A stretch of DNA of 64,000 bases from an uncultured Lachnospiraceae bacterium (GCA_902785985.1 CADABA010000001.1:425-64424); one strand, 5' to 3'; shown: positions 37,555 through 48,573, counted from the first letter of the stretch. The notes: generated by a model not told the origin, from the sequence alone. Made by a program: numbers and translations.

Positions 37555-38799
37555 TTACATGCAGCCGAACGGCGCGATGCCGTATGCACCCGTCAAGTTA
37601 TTCCAACTTGAACTGCCATTGCTGCTGTACACGCAGTGCATGTTACTCGCGTTATACGGTGTCCGCGTCCATGCGTAGGTATTGTTTGCCCTTGAATATC
37701 CCTGATATTTCCTTCTGAAATCGCCCAGTTTTGAATACAGATCAACGATGGATCCTTCCGCATCGCTTGACAGGCTGCCGGGACCAAACATCTCCACCCT
37801 TGCGCGGAGGGCAAGTTTGCAATCCTCAACTTCGGTCAGCTCATTTGCGGATGGATCCCATGCGTACACGGAAAAGGTTTTCAGCCTGTTCTTGATCCAT
37901 GACGGCATCGCGTCCACAAGCGCGGGGATCGTGTCGGTACACATTTCCAGCGCCCCATAGCCGCCTGCTGTGGAGTTTGACGGATGCATCCGTTTCAGGA
38001 CGGACAGGCAATCCTTGAAATCGAACTGAAGGACGTTGCCGCAGTTGTTGTACTCCGCAAAGGATGAAATCACGATCTCGATGTCCTGTTCCGGATAGGA
38101 CGTTCCTGCCGGATCCGTGAACGCGGAAATGTGGATCTTGCGGATGTCGCTGACATTCCATCCCCCATCCTCCTGCAGGTCAATCGTTCCCAACTGTGCC
38201 GCGTCGATCATTGCCGCGATCTGCTCATCTGTTCCCAGGGCAAACGGGACCATCTCAATGCCGCCTTTTGTTGGATAAACCATGTTTGTTTTCAGCTTAT
38301 ACACGATTACGCCCGCATCACGTCCGGCAAGAGTGATCGGGACATCAAGCACTGTACGATCAATCAGCACCGTAACATCTCCATAGTCTGTCCTGCCGGG
38401 GCCTGATGATGCTCTGACGGTCTGCTTATATCCAACCTCACCGATTGTGATAGGCGAATCCGTGGTATTCGTGATCGTCAGATGATACCTGAGATAAGGA
38501 TCTCCCGGCTCATCCGTTCCGATGATCGTATTTGTGATTGCTACTTTGACACCGCTTGTAATCGTGTCGTGTAGGTTGTAGTCCGCATCGGATTCCGCGT
38601 CTGAGCTTCTGCCAACTGAAATGCCTGCCGTTGCTGCCGCTGCCGCAAATGCAGCCGTCCTTAAATACGGGAACCGGTCATACCTCGAACAGAGATAGTA
38701 CATTCTGCCGGAAACATTCTGTACCGGCAGATACCCATAGCTTGAATCCGAAGATTGCAGGGTTGCCGCTAACAGGTTCTTAAAGTTTTTTGTAACCAT
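37555..38799 (-). CDS. Tail/receptor-binding protein with DUF6273-like C-terminal domain
   Basis: C-terminus WTRTPYNASNMHCVYSSNGSSSWNNLTGAYGIAPFGCM. Confidence 0.65.
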   Translation of the reverse strand: MVTKNFKNLLAATLQSSDSSYGYLPVQNVSGRMYYLCSRYDRFPYLRTAAFAAAAATAGISVGRSSDAESDADYNLHDTITSGVKVAITNTIIGTDEPGDPYLRYHLTITNTTDSPITIGEVGYKQTVRASSGPGRTDYGDVTVLIDRTVLDVPITLAGRDAGVIVYKLKTNMVYPTKGGIEMVPFALGTDEQIAAMIDAAQLGTIDLQEDGGWNVSDIRKIHISAFTDPAGTSYPEQDIEIVISSFAEYNNCGNVLQFDFKDCLSVLKRMHPSNSTAGGYGALEMCTDTIPALVDAMPSWIKNRLKTFSVYAWDPSANELTEVEDCKLALRARVEMFGPGSLSSDAEGSIVDLYSKLGDFRRKYQGYSRANNTYAWTRTPYNASNMHCVYSSNGSSSWNNLTGAYGIAPFGCM

Positions 38800-38809
38800 G
38801 CGATACCTC

Positions 38810-39199
38810 CTAATTTATGGTGCATTCCCAGTTCATTTCAGAAAGTAGATCCGGCATAGAACACAATCCGATAGGCGTGTCATGCTGGCACCTTCCATCA
38901 TCCGGATTGTTTACGATGACCTGGGAGAAACCGTCCTTTCCTTCAGACGGTAAATACGTGCCGTTCAATGAAACCGCAAGCCGTTCCAGCCTCAGCTCCA
39001 TATTCACGTCAACTATGGAATACCCTTCCAGTCCTTCATCTGCGGCCGCATACACGCCGCCCTCTGTGATTGTTTTGGTATCAAGCAGATGTGATCCACG
39101 GACACCCCAGATATGCAGCACACCGTCCTCAAAGGTGTACCCGGATGCGCCTGTTCCAGATCCTCCTCCACCCATCATGATAGGATTACCGACGATCAT
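38810..39199 (-). CDS. Tail-module protein with KTITxNGxY...GYS-type repeats
   Basis: KTITEGGVYAAADEGLEGYS and SLNGTYLPSEGKDGFS. Confidence 0.55.
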   Translation of the reverse strand: MIVGNPIMMGGGGSGTGASGYTFEDGVLHIWGVRGSHLLDTKTITEGGVYAAADEGLEGYSIVDVNMELRLERLAVSLNGTYLPSEGKDGFSQVIVNNPDDGRCQHDTPIGLCSMPDLLSEMNWECTIN

Positions 39200-39579
39200 G
39201 CCATCACCTCCGATCTGATGTATTGCACGGTCAGCGCTGAGGAAGGCGGCGCTCCCAGGGCATACGCGGTCAGCACGCCGTTGTTGTTCTCGATCCAGAT
39301 TGCGATCACGCCGTCATTGATCATCTCCTCCATGACCGCGGCTCCCGGTTGAAGATCATACTTGCTGTACTGTGTGGTTCCTGGGATTTCGATGACCTGT
39401 GTGTAAGGACCGTTGCCCGTCCAGTTTGTCGAAAGCGTCACGGTTCCCTGGTTGAGCTTGTCCTGTTTGGCATAAAGCGCAGTATCAATTTTGTCAAAGT
39501 TATCGTTCAGGACTTCGATTTCTATGAGGTCCGTTTTGCTGGGCTTTGTCAGCCCGTAATGTGTTGTCTGTGTAGCCAT
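39196..39579 (-). CDS. Tail fibre/baseplate protein
   Basis: TTHYGLTKP...LNDNFDKID anchor motif. Confidence 0.7.
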   Translation of the reverse strand: MATQTTHYGLTKPSKTDLIEIEVLNDNFDKIDTALYAKQDKLNQGTVTLSTNWTGNGPYTQVIEIPGTTQYSKYDLQPGAAVMEEMINDGVIAIWIENNNGVLTAYALGAPPSSALTVQYIRSEVMA

Positions 39580-39593
39580 CCCGCCATACCTCC

Positions 39594-40667
39594 TTAAATT
39601 TTATCCTTGACCTGTTCGGCCTTCATCCGGTAATACCTCTCCCCATTGATCGTCATAGTGTCCTTTCCGGTTTTCCCGTTCTCTATGTCATCGGTCGTGA
39701 TGGTATCATCCGTTTTTGTAAGCAGATAATTTGAGAGAGACCCATACAGGCATTGCCAGCAAACATACTGAATAGGGTATCCGCTGTATGGACTCGGCAG
39801 GATGGAGGATGTAAACCGGGTGGAACACCCGGAATAATAAACCGCCTTTGAGCTGCCATCCCTGATCGTGATTGCTTCATCATAAACCGTGATGCTGCCG
39901 CCGGTTGCTGTACCGTGGTAGAATGGCTCATCAAGAAACAGTTCCGCGTTACTGCTGTGTGTTTGTATGTACCAAACAGGGGGCGTGTAATTATGCGGTC
40001 TTTCTGATCCCGGATAAATAATTTCGGATTCAATGCTGACCTTCCCGCCATAAAGAGAAGGTATCACGTCATCCGGAATTGAATATCGCGCCAAAGATGC
40101 ATCGCTCATCGCTATGTCTGAAAGAGAATCCGACATATTTTTGAGCATACTTTCCGGAACCCACATATCTCCGATCCCGTTGAAATCCATGCCCGTCGTG
40201 GGATCGGTCCATGTGTCGTTATTCAGAGGATTTGTATATAGGCCAGTGATATTGTCCAACCCATCCGGGAGCGTATAATTCAGCGTCCCTGTTCCGTCAT
40301 AAATATCGCCGGTATCCGGATTTGTCCAAACGCCGATGTTGTCCAGATCAAAATACTGATTGCCGTCAAAATCCGTATATACAGCCGTTCCACCGCCCGG
40401 ATACTCATCTCCGGTAAATGGATCCGTCCATGTATTGTCATCAATTCCGGTATAGATGATATCGGTATGATCAAGATCAAATTCACTATTCGCGATATTA
40501 TCCCACTCTATATTGTCCGGAAATTCATAATCCAGTCCGTCGGCAATGTCTTTCCATAGATCACCATCAAAGGTAAAGCCGTCTCCGGATATGATTGACG
40601 CGTCATTGTTCCACCCATGCCCTAAAACGGTCAGACGCGCTCCTCCAGGGTTCATATGTAAGCTCAT
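39594..40667 (-). CDS. Acidic tail-module protein with WTDPxTG repeats
   Basis: WTDPFTG, WTNPDTG, WTDPTTG repeats. Confidence 0.55.
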   Translation of the reverse strand: MSLHMNPGGARLTVLGHGWNNDASIISGDGFTFDGDLWKDIADGLDYEFPDNIEWDNIANSEFDLDHTDIIYTGIDDNTWTDPFTGDEYPGGGTAVYTDFDGNQYFDLDNIGVWTNPDTGDIYDGTGTLNYTLPDGLDNITGLYTNPLNNDTWTDPTTGMDFNGIGDMWVPESMLKNMSDSLSDIAMSDASLARYSIPDDVIPSLYGGKVSIESEIIYPGSERPHNYTPPVWYIQTHSSNAELFLDEPFYHGTATGGSITVYDEAITIRDGSSKAVYYSGCSTRFTSSILPSPYSGYPIQYVCWQCLYGSLSNYLLTKTDDTITTDDIENGKTGKDTMTINGERYYRMKAEQVKDKI

Positions 40668-42193
40668 ACAATCGCATCCTCCCTTAGCATAACCTTTACC
40701 TTATAGCTGCCCTTCTTCTCTATGGTGTGGCCTGTCGTGACATTCAGCACATGGTTTCCTGCTTTTTGATCGTCTGAAGCCTGATAGAGAATATTATCAT
40801 CAAGAAGGATTTTTACCGTCACCGTTGCATCTTCGTCAATCGTGTATGCTCCGGTCCATGCTATCTGAATGCATGTATTGTCCACCGTACAATCCAGCTT
40901 GATCTCCGTGGTAAGCACATCGCTTTCAATCTGTGTAGCCGTATCCGGGAACGAATCAATCAGGATCCAGAAATCTCCGCTTGCATAGACGGACCCCGGA
41001 TTGACATTGCTGTTACCGCTCACCCCGTCAATCGGCTTGTCCTCTCTGATGGGATCCGTGCTTCTGTCAGGGCTTTCGCATTTCAGCGTCATTACCCCGT
41101 TGATCGCACGCGCTATGTATGTGATAGGTGCTGCGCTATCAGCCGGTGCGTGACCCCCGGTAAGGTTCACGACATCGAGCAGGTCAAATGTCGGATCAAA
41201 GGGCATTGTCGCGTCAAATGGTGTGAGGGTTTTCCCTTTGAGGGAGTCAATGATCGCCTGTACCGCGACTTCACGATTGCTTTTATTACTGAGCTGGAGG
41301 AACACGTTCACCCCTACGTCAAAGATCTCTCCCGTGTCGTAGATGGTATTCACGTTCTTATAGTATTCCTGGATCGCGCCTGCCTTATACTGTGCATAGA
41401 TCCCCGTGTATGTACTCTTGTAGTCCTCAAAGTCTGATGTGAAGCGGTTATCTGGCGTAATATTCGCCACCGCATTATTTTCGTACTGCACAAGGATCAG
41501 CTTTCCCCATCTGTCCATGATGGCGATGGATCCGACCAAGAGAGACAGGTGCGCCAGAAGATCGCGGTATGTTTTCACGTTCGATTCGACATCCGCATAT
41601 GTAAAGGTGCGGTTCCCGTTCGGCAGTCTCCCGATCTGCGCACTTGTCATTCCCAGCACAACACCGCAGCGCGAACAAATAAGCCGGAGCCATGCAAAAG
41701 GTGTTCGTGACACGGTATCCATTGACGCAAGAGGCACATCAAATTTTGTCATGAAGTCCCCGGCAGATATCTTTACACTGTTTATCTCGCGTTTTGCGGT
41801 TGATACAAGGTATTGCCCCATCGGAATATCTATGTAGATCTGCTTATCTATCAAACCCCATTTTGACAGCGATATATCCCCCCAGGAATAAACCTCCGCT
41901 TCTCCCCATGTCTTAACCGCGCTGCCCTGGACGCGCGTATATAGTCCAATGACGGCATCTTTCAGTAAGGTTGTGCTGATCCCTATGAATAGCTGTATTC
42001 TCAGTTCTGTGGCAAAAGCACCGCCGATTCCGGGAACATCACAAACACTGTTCAATGATCCGGATCCCTGGACTATGTTTGACGCATCGAACGTATATAC
42101 AGTGCCGTTTGTAAGGGTGATTGTGCCTCTCCACTCAATACTTCGGTTCGACCCGTCAATAATATCTCTGAAGGTCTGACTAACCTGATACAT
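40664..42193 (-). CDS. Baseplate hub / Tal-like tail protein
   Basis: MYQVSQTFRDII N-terminus; position after the Dit-like gene. Confidence 0.7.
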   Translation of the reverse strand: MYQVSQTFRDIIDGSNRSIEWRGTITLTNGTVYTFDASNIVQGSGSLNSVCDVPGIGGAFATELRIQLFIGISTTLLKDAVIGLYTRVQGSAVKTWGEAEVYSWGDISLSKWGLIDKQIYIDIPMGQYLVSTAKREINSVKISAGDFMTKFDVPLASMDTVSRTPFAWLRLICSRCGVVLGMTSAQIGRLPNGNRTFTYADVESNVKTYRDLLAHLSLLVGSIAIMDRWGKLILVQYENNAVANITPDNRFTSDFEDYKSTYTGIYAQYKAGAIQEYYKNVNTIYDTGEIFDVGVNVFLQLSNKSNREVAVQAIIDSLKGKTLTPFDATMPFDPTFDLLDVVNLTGGHAPADSAAPITYIARAINGVMTLKCESPDRSTDPIREDKPIDGVSGNSNVNPGSVYASGDFWILIDSFPDTATQIESDVLTTEIKLDCTVDNTCIQIAWTGAYTIDEDATVTVKILLDDNILYQASDDQKAGNHVLNVTTGHTIEKKGSYKVKVMLREDAIV

Positions 42194-42204
42194 ACTGTCA
42201 CTCC

Positions 42205-42588
42205 TTACATTTCAATTACGTCGATGGTGTAATCCTTATACTCGCCGCCCTCTCTCGCATAGTTCTTCAAATTGACCTGTACATAGCTGTCTTTCCCGCC
42301 GTAGGCGTTCATGGTCTGTATGCCATTGTCATAGTAGGTGAAAGAGAATTCCTTTCCCTGCATAAGATTGTGCAGGAACGTCTTTTCATTGCCCGTAAGA
42401 TGATCAAAATGGAGGATCACCTTACGGACCGTGCGGCGTACCCATGTGATTTTCATATAGCCGCTTTCAGCGCGACCCGTGTCGGGCGAAACGATGTTAT
42501 CATTCTCAATCCCGACAGAATCAGGAACATAAAGGGCGGTTCCATTGACCGCCCAATATCCATTCGTGCATCTCTTTAGCATTCCCAT
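42205..42588 (-). CDS. Distal tail (Dit-like) protein
   Basis: DTGRAESGYM...VIEM pattern; immediately after the tape measure gene. Confidence 0.7.
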   Translation of the reverse strand: MGMLKRCTNGYWAVNGTALYVPDSVGIENDNIVSPDTGRAESGYMKITWVRRTVRKVILHFDHLTGNEKTFLHNLMQGKEFSFTYYDNGIQTMNAYGGKDSYVQVNLKNYAREGGEYKDYTIDVIEM

Positions 42589-42592
42589 GGTA

Positions 42593-45500
42593 TCACCGTC
42601 CTAATGGGCTACTGCCCTTCTGTATGATGGCATGATTGTTTTCCTCGACAACGATCTGGAAAAGCTCATGCCCGTTGATATTGACGGGTAGAACGATGGT
42701 CCTGTTCGATCCTCCGCTCTGAACATTCCGAAGCATGGCCTGCAGCTCTGACAAGATGCTTGCCAGATAGCCCGACACAGCCTCAGAATCGTCCTCAGAC
42801 GGCGTTCTATCGTCTACCTTAGTTCTGTATGGGACAATGGTTCCTTCGGCAATCTGGGGCATCCTGAAACCGCCTGAAACGGTCAAAGTGTCGGCAATCG
42901 TTTTGAACATTACCGCGATTTCACTCAACCCACTGATCACAGCCTGCATACCGCCCACAACGGCATCTGCTGACATTTCCACATCCGGGGAATCAGGTGT
43001 CATGCCGTTCGTGACCGCCTCCGCCACCTGTGTAGCGGTTCCCAGCAATCCCTTCTGGCCATCCACTATACCTTTTTCCAGACCGGCATCCAGGTATTCA
43101 CCGATTTCAGCAAACACTTTTGACGGAGAGGCGATCCCGAAGGCGCTTTTGATTCTGGATACAAGGTTATTCGCACAGTTGGAAACAAGCGTGGTCAGGC
43201 TGCTCCATGCGCCGTTGATACCGTTTGACAGACCAGCAACAAGGTTATGTCCTATGTTGTTCCACTGGATATTACCGAAGGATGTACGGATATTCGTCCA
43301 TCCCTGTACCAGGGAACTTGAAAACCTGCTCCACACGGAAGTCACACCGCTCTGAATCTTGCTGACCATGTTGCTGCCGATGCTGTCCCATTTCACATTT
43401 CCAAGCGACGTTTTCAGATTATTCCAGCCAGTCGAAACTGCTGTTGTGATGTTGCTCCACTTTCCTGAGATTGTGGTTTTTATGCCATCCCATGCGGATC
43501 CGGCGGTTGTCTTTATATTGCTCCATGCAGTTGAAAACGTGGTTTTCAGGTTTGTAAATCCTGTGGTAAAGAAGGACGTGATACCTGACCACGCATTCTT
43601 GATACCGTTCAGCAATCCGGATACCAGGTTTTGACCGATACCTTCAAACACCGTGGACGGGGAATGAATACCCAGAAGGCTCTTGATCCCGCCTATCGCG
43701 CCCGTGAAGGCATCACCGAGCAGGCTTAACAGACCTTTGCCATCCGCGCCGAAGTATGTGTTCCAGCCCTGTTTGAAGCCGTCCCACATATTTTGTGGTG
43801 TGTCATCCCAGTATGTATCCACCTGCTTTACAAGGGCTTTCTGCGCCTGATCCAGACTCATGCCCGTCGTGTCGATGTTGTAACAGGTTTTCGCCCACTG
43901 AGCTGCAATCTCCGGCCCCTTCGTTCTGTACAGCTTTTCAAAATTGCTGAGGGCAACTTCTGTCTCATGCTGATGCGCATTCTGCGCCTGCTGATACGTG
44001 CTTGCCGCGTTTTTCAGCGCGTTCACGTCGTATGCAATAAGCAGGGCATCCGTCACGCCTAAAGCCGCTGTTGCGAATGTTGCCGCTGCCCCGGTCAGCA
44101 ATGTGTGTCCGGCAACCGTGAAATTCGTCAAGCCGGTTGTCAGGAATGTTGTCAGGGTAGTTATCGCGCCCTTAACTTTGGTTCCGATCCCGCCTATCAG
44201 CGTCGGCATGGACTCAAACGGACTCACGCCCGTAAGTACCCATCTCTGAACTGCTGCTTTCCATCCTGCCTGTGTGAGCGTAAAGGCAAGCTGTAATCCC
44301 TTGATAGCCGCCACAAGCGCAAGGAACATTCTGCCACCGTCCGTACTCATAAGCCCGGACAAAATCCCAGTGAACGCCTCCCACACGATTGCCGCTACAT
44401 TCGTAAAGATCCCCAGCCAGTCAATGCTCCCAAGGAAGTTACCGATTGCCTGTCCTATGCCTTTCCAGTCCACATTGTCAACGACCTGCCGGATGACCTT
44501 CAGCACCGACATGAACAGATCACTGACCGCTTTTCCGAGTGCTGCCCAGTCTACTTCATGGATGACGCGGTTGATAGCGGTATAGATCTTATACGCAACA
44601 CCCTGAAACGGGTTCTGATCCAGGAATGACCGGATCATAGCCGTTACGCCGTTTAGAATGCTTATCAGGATTGTTGCAAGGGAATTTATATCAATCGTAC
44701 TGAACCACGATCTCACAAACTGGCCGATTGCGGTTCCGATGCTCTGCCAGATCCCCGGTGTCGTAACAATTCCCTCAATAATGTGTAACAACGCATTCCA
44801 CTTCAGCGCGAATGTCTCACCCACACGGTTCCAGTCAACTCCATCGAACCAGTCTTTGATTGTCTGCCCGATGTTCTTTCCCAGCTTCAGCCCGTCAAAT
44901 GTTGTCAGAAAACCATAGGCAAGGTTAATCAATCCCATGAAGCCGTTTTTCAGAGTTTCGGCAAGCAGTTTCCAGTCAATGTTATCCACCAGGCTGTTGA
45001 TCGCCCTGCCGATACCCTTACCCAAATTCAGGAAATTGAAATTTTTCAGGAACGTATTTGCGATGTCAAGGATCGCATTCAGACCGTCCGCAACGGTTTT
45101 ACCCAAAAGCTCCCAATTCACACCGTCCACGATCCCGTTAAGGATCTGTGCGATACGTCCGGCCCATTTCACGCCCCAGGGACGGAATTTATTGTTGATC
45201 CAGTCATCCACGTACTGCATGGCCGTGTTCAGGCCCTCAGCGATGATCTTTCCAACCCCATACCAATCCCCATTTTTCCAGGCTTCTTTCAGCCGGTTGA
45301 TCCAGTCTTTTACACCCTTCGGAAGGTCAATGTCCTTAGTTTCGTATTGAATTCCGGTCTTAGAGCTGTCATCATCGTTTGATGTTTCGTCCTTTTTGTT
45401 CTGCCGGTTCAGCTCATCAAAACTGTACAGCTCATTGTTCCATTCCTTCTGTGCCTTTGCTGCTTTTTTAGCGGAGTCCGCATAATTGTCAGCTCCCATC

Positions 45501-46906
45501 TTTGCCGATGTGTATGTGGTTTTACCCTGAAGCAGCGCAAAGAACTGATTCAGATAGCTGACTGCATTTGACAGCGTATTGAGGATCTTTGTAATCACCG
45601 GTTCAACTACAGAAATCAAGTTCCCCAACGCGACGGCGATGTTCCCACTCAACTGTGTAGCGCTGTTCTTAATCGAATTCATGTGCGTGTTGAATTCAGA
45701 ATCGTACTGCGCCAGTTTTTGAAATCCTTCCCTCACCTGATTAAATACAGACGATATGAACATTCGCTTTATACGAGTAATCAAAAGCCTTTTCAGACTC
45801 GTAAGGGATTTTACAAGGGCATTCGCTTTGAAGTTTGTATTATTCGCCTGTTTCTGAAACGATTTCAGACTGGATACAGCCTTTTTCGCGCCTGCAGAGA
45901 TCGCATTGAATGTAATCTGTGCAACTCTCTTACCCAACGATAAAGCTGCTCTGGAAGCGTTCCCAAGTCCCTGTGTGAGCATTACAAGCACACCGGACAG
46001 TCTGGATCCTTTCTGGATCGTTTCTTCCTCCTCATCTGCTTCCTCAGCCTGCGCCTGAGCCGCCTGGTTCCTCGCCTCATTCACGCGGGCGTATTCCGCT
46101 TCAAGATTTTTGAGCGTTTCAAGCTGAGTCGCATACTTCTGGTTCAACTTATCAATTTCGATCTCCTCAATTTCCATGAGGATCCGTGCCTGATCATCTG
46201 TTTTGGCATTCGGAAGCATGGCATCCGTGGATTCCTCTATCTTTGCCTTTTCTTCCTCATAACCTTTCAGCGCGTTTTTTGCTGTCTCAATTTTCTTTGC
46301 CAGTTTTTCCAGCTCTTTGTCATAAGCTGCTACAGCCTGGGATGTCTGCTGTACCTGGTCGGCCTCTGTAGAATTGGCCGCTGCATTCCGGGCGGCTTCT
46401 ACTTCTGCGTATTTAGCTTTGAGCTGTTCAAGCATCGCTGTTTTTTCAGCGTACTTCTCATTGACCTTTGCGATTTCCTGCTCTTCCATTTCAAGGAGCG
46501 TCGCTGCCTGTTCATCCGTTGCGGCATTTGGCAGCATCGCATCCGTGGACTCATGGATCTGGTCAATCTCTTTATGGTAGTTCTCTAAGCTCTTCTCTGT
46601 CTGATCTATCTGCTTCTGAAGTTTTGCCAGTTCTTTGTCATAAGAACTGACGGAACTCCCTGCCATCTGTGTAGCTTCCTTAGCCCCTTTTCCGACTGCC
46701 GCTGATGCCTGCTGCACGGCATTGCTCGCTGAGTGAAGGAGGGCTTCAGGATTGCTGAATGCCTTTTCCATGGCGGCTCCGAATTTTTCAATCTGGGTAG
46801 ACAGACCGTCAATAGCTGATAACAACTTTGCAGATCCTTTTTCAAAACCGGAATTATCCAGCTCTGTATCCAGAATCAGAGTGCCGTCAGCATTATTATT
46901 CGCCAT
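42593..46906 (-). CDS. Tail tape measure protein
   Basis: 1437 aa, coiled coil, repeated (I/V)DWxxLG and W-periodic repeats, IHSPS/IASPS motifs. Confidence 0.92.
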   Translation of the reverse strand: MANNNADGTLILDTELDNSGFEKGSAKLLSAIDGLSTQIEKFGAAMEKAFSNPEALLHSASNAVQQASAAVGKGAKEATQMAGSSVSSYDKELAKLQKQIDQTEKSLENYHKEIDQIHESTDAMLPNAATDEQAATLLEMEEQEIAKVNEKYAEKTAMLEQLKAKYAEVEAARNAAANSTEADQVQQTSQAVAAYDKELEKLAKKIETAKNALKGYEEEKAKIEESTDAMLPNAKTDDQARILMEIEEIEIDKLNQKYATQLETLKNLEAEYARVNEARNQAAQAQAEEADEEEETIQKGSRLSGVLVMLTQGLGNASRAALSLGKRVAQITFNAISAGAKKAVSSLKSFQKQANNTNFKANALVKSLTSLKRLLITRIKRMFISSVFNQVREGFQKLAQYDSEFNTHMNSIKNSATQLSGNIAVALGNLISVVEPVITKILNTLSNAVSYLNQFFALLQGKTTYTSAKMGADNYADSAKKAAKAQKEWNNELYSFDELNRQNKKDETSNDDDSSKTGIQYETKDIDLPKGVKDWINRLKEAWKNGDWYGVGKIIAEGLNTAMQYVDDWINNKFRPWGVKWAGRIAQILNGIVDGVNWELLGKTVADGLNAILDIANTFLKNFNFLNLGKGIGRAINSLVDNIDWKLLAETLKNGFMGLINLAYGFLTTFDGLKLGKNIGQTIKDWFDGVDWNRVGETFALKWNALLHIIEGIVTTPGIWQSIGTAIGQFVRSWFSTIDINSLATILISILNGVTAMIRSFLDQNPFQGVAYKIYTAINRVIHEVDWAALGKAVSDLFMSVLKVIRQVVDNVDWKGIGQAIGNFLGSIDWLGIFTNVAAIVWEAFTGILSGLMSTDGGRMFLALVAAIKGLQLAFTLTQAGWKAAVQRWVLTGVSPFESMPTLIGGIGTKVKGAITTLTTFLTTGLTNFTVAGHTLLTGAAATFATAALGVTDALLIAYDVNALKNAASTYQQAQNAHQHETEVALSNFEKLYRTKGPEIAAQWAKTCYNIDTTGMSLDQAQKALVKQVDTYWDDTPQNMWDGFKQGWNTYFGADGKGLLSLLGDAFTGAIGGIKSLLGIHSPSTVFEGIGQNLVSGLLNGIKNAWSGITSFFTTGFTNLKTTFSTAWSNIKTTAGSAWDGIKTTISGKWSNITTAVSTGWNNLKTSLGNVKWDSIGSNMVSKIQSGVTSVWSRFSSSLVQGWTNIRTSFGNIQWNNIGHNLVAGLSNGINGAWSSLTTLVSNCANNLVSRIKSAFGIASPSKVFAEIGEYLDAGLEKGIVDGQKGLLGTATQVAEAVTNGMTPDSPDVEMSADAVVGGMQAVISGLSEIAVMFKTIADTLTVSGGFRMPQIAEGTIVPYRTKVDDRTPSEDDSEAVSGYLASILSELQAMLRNVQSGGSNRTIVLPVNINGHELFQIVVEENNHAIIQKGSSPLGR

Positions 46907-47489
46907 CCTTTGAACCTCCTTCCCTTAAAAGCTGCTCATAAATCGCCTTCATCGTATCTTCCGGTGTCAGTCTTTCCTCAGCTGTTTCAAGGCTGCACAG
47001 ATCCCGGTTTGCGGCATAAAATTCCTTTTCGTACTTTTCCAGTTTCTTTCTCTTAGCCTTTTTCTGCCGGATCATGAGGACCGTTCCCCATAGATCATTT
47101 TGGTCAATCCCCTGGAAGTACCCTAAAAACGTCCACCAGTGCATATAAGGCAACGCCCGGACTTCCGTACCCGCCACTTTATTGATTGCAGGGAAAATGA
47201 GCTGTTCATCTTTCTCCCAGTTCACAACCTTCGGGCTGGGCTTGTCGCTCGACAAACGACATTCGATAAATTCCGTTGCCGCCTTAAATGCTTCTGTATA
47301 AACGTCTGCATCTTTTGGCATACTGTCCGGATCCTTATAAATCCTTTTCAGACAAATAAAGACCTTTTCCCGGTCGGAAAGGTCTTTATCGTTATATGCC
47401 TGTATGATTTTTAAGATGTTCCGATAATCGGAACGGATCTCGTATTCTTTATTGCATACCCGTAGCGTCTGCGGTAACTGTCCTATCAT
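46896..47489 (-). CDS. Gp15-family tail assembly protein
   Basis: IRSDYR...DEQLI...MHWWTF. Confidence 0.8.
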   Translation of the reverse strand: MIGQLPQTLRVCNKEYEIRSDYRNILKIIQAYNDKDLSDREKVFICLKRIYKDPDSMPKDADVYTEAFKAATEFIECRLSSDKPSPKVVNWEKDEQLIFPAINKVAGTEVRALPYMHWWTFLGYFQGIDQNDLWGTVLMIRQKKAKRKKLEKYEKEFYAANRDLCSLETAEERLTPEDTMKAIYEQLLREGGSKDGE

Positions 47490-47952
47490 CGCCGTTTACC
47501 TCCGGCTTGACATCATCCAGATATTTTTCCGTTCTCTGTCTGGACAGCTCCATTTCCTCTTCTACAGCGTCCGCAATCAAATTCCCGATCACCTCAATCA
47601 CGCTTTCACAGAAGAACTTACCGCCAACACTGGAGAAGGGATTCCTCTTTGCAAAGATGTCATCTGCCTCATCCATATCAAACAGGGCATTGATGCGCTG
47701 CTTCAGCTCGGCTTCCACCTCTTTTACGATCTTCCAGTCCTCTTCAAACGAAACCGTGCCGTTACTGCCGATTTCGATGTTCTTCAACGGTTCAACAATA
47801 GTCTTGAAATCCGTCGAAAGTTGCTGATATCTGTCCAGGATAGACAGGTCAGCCGGACGGATATAGATATTGCAGATCAATTTTCCGAACTTGTTCATAA
47901 GCGGGATTTCCCGCGTACCGTCATCAATAATCCCTCTGAGTTCTTTAGCCAT
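47449..47952 (-). CDS. Tail assembly chaperone
   Basis: Position between the major tail protein and Gp15. Confidence 0.7.
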   Translation of the reverse strand: MAKELRGIIDDGTREIPLMNKFGKLICNIYIRPADLSILDRYQQLSTDFKTIVEPLKNIEIGSNGTVSFEEDWKIVKEVEAELKQRINALFDMDEADDIFAKRNPFSSVGGKFFCESVIEVIGNLIADAVEEEMELSRQRTEKYLDDVKPEVNGDDRTVTADATGMQ

Positions 47953-48053
47953 AATTGCCTCCTAAACATAAAAAATCGGGCGCATGATAATCAAATATCG
48001 TGCGCCCGTGGTCATGTGTGTAACCTGTTCCCGGTCGCGTCTCAGCCAGCTGA

Positions 48054-48569
48054 TCAGCCGGATGTGATATCAGTGATGGTGGCAGCGTTGGTCTCCATGT
48101 TGTAGGAGATATTCTTTTTCACCATCGGGCCGACAGGTGTAATGGTGTACGGGATCGCGTATCCGGACGTATCTCCACCGGTAGACTGCGGAACAAACCA
48201 TGCGTCACGCACATAGCAGTAACCACTCATGGTATGCGTTTCCGCATTCACAGTAGTGAAGAAAGCCTCAGCAAATTCGCCCAGAAGATCTTCCTCGCCG
48301 TACTTTTCCTCCAGTGCCACTTCCAGCATATGCGCATACATGGCACGGTCCGGATCCATGTAGTACGGATCCACGTCGATCTCCGGTTCATAACCCGAAT
48401 GTCTGAAGGTGGATTCACCCAGGACATTCTTACTGGATTCAGTATCCGGATTCAGCTCTTTGGAAAGGTCATCATTGTCCTTACCAATGGCTTCCCACAC
48501 CTGGGTAGCGCTGCCGGTGGGCTTCCAGGAACCAAAGAACATACCTCTGTTACGGTCTAATCTTGCCAT
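48054..48569 (-). CDS. Major tail tube protein
   Basis: IGKDNDDLSKELNPDTESSKNVLGE...STGGDT. Confidence 0.8.
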   Translation of the reverse strand: MARLDRNRGMFFGSWKPTGSATQVWEAIGKDNDDLSKELNPDTESSKNVLGESTFRHSGYEPEIDVDPYYMDPDRAMYAHMLEVALEEKYGEEDLLGEFAEAFFTTVNAETHTMSGYCYVRDAWFVPQSTGGDTSGYAIPYTITPVGPMVKKNISYNMETNAATITDITSG

Positions 48570-48573
48570 AGTG

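Noticed and set aside
37555-37690. Possible second VR of the resident DGR
   Set aside because: Does not align with TR 35307-35413 under the adenine-only mismatch rule
46896-47952. Programmed frameshift between the tail chaperone genes
   Set aside because: The downstream gene has its own RBS and ATG, and I saw no clear slippery heptamer
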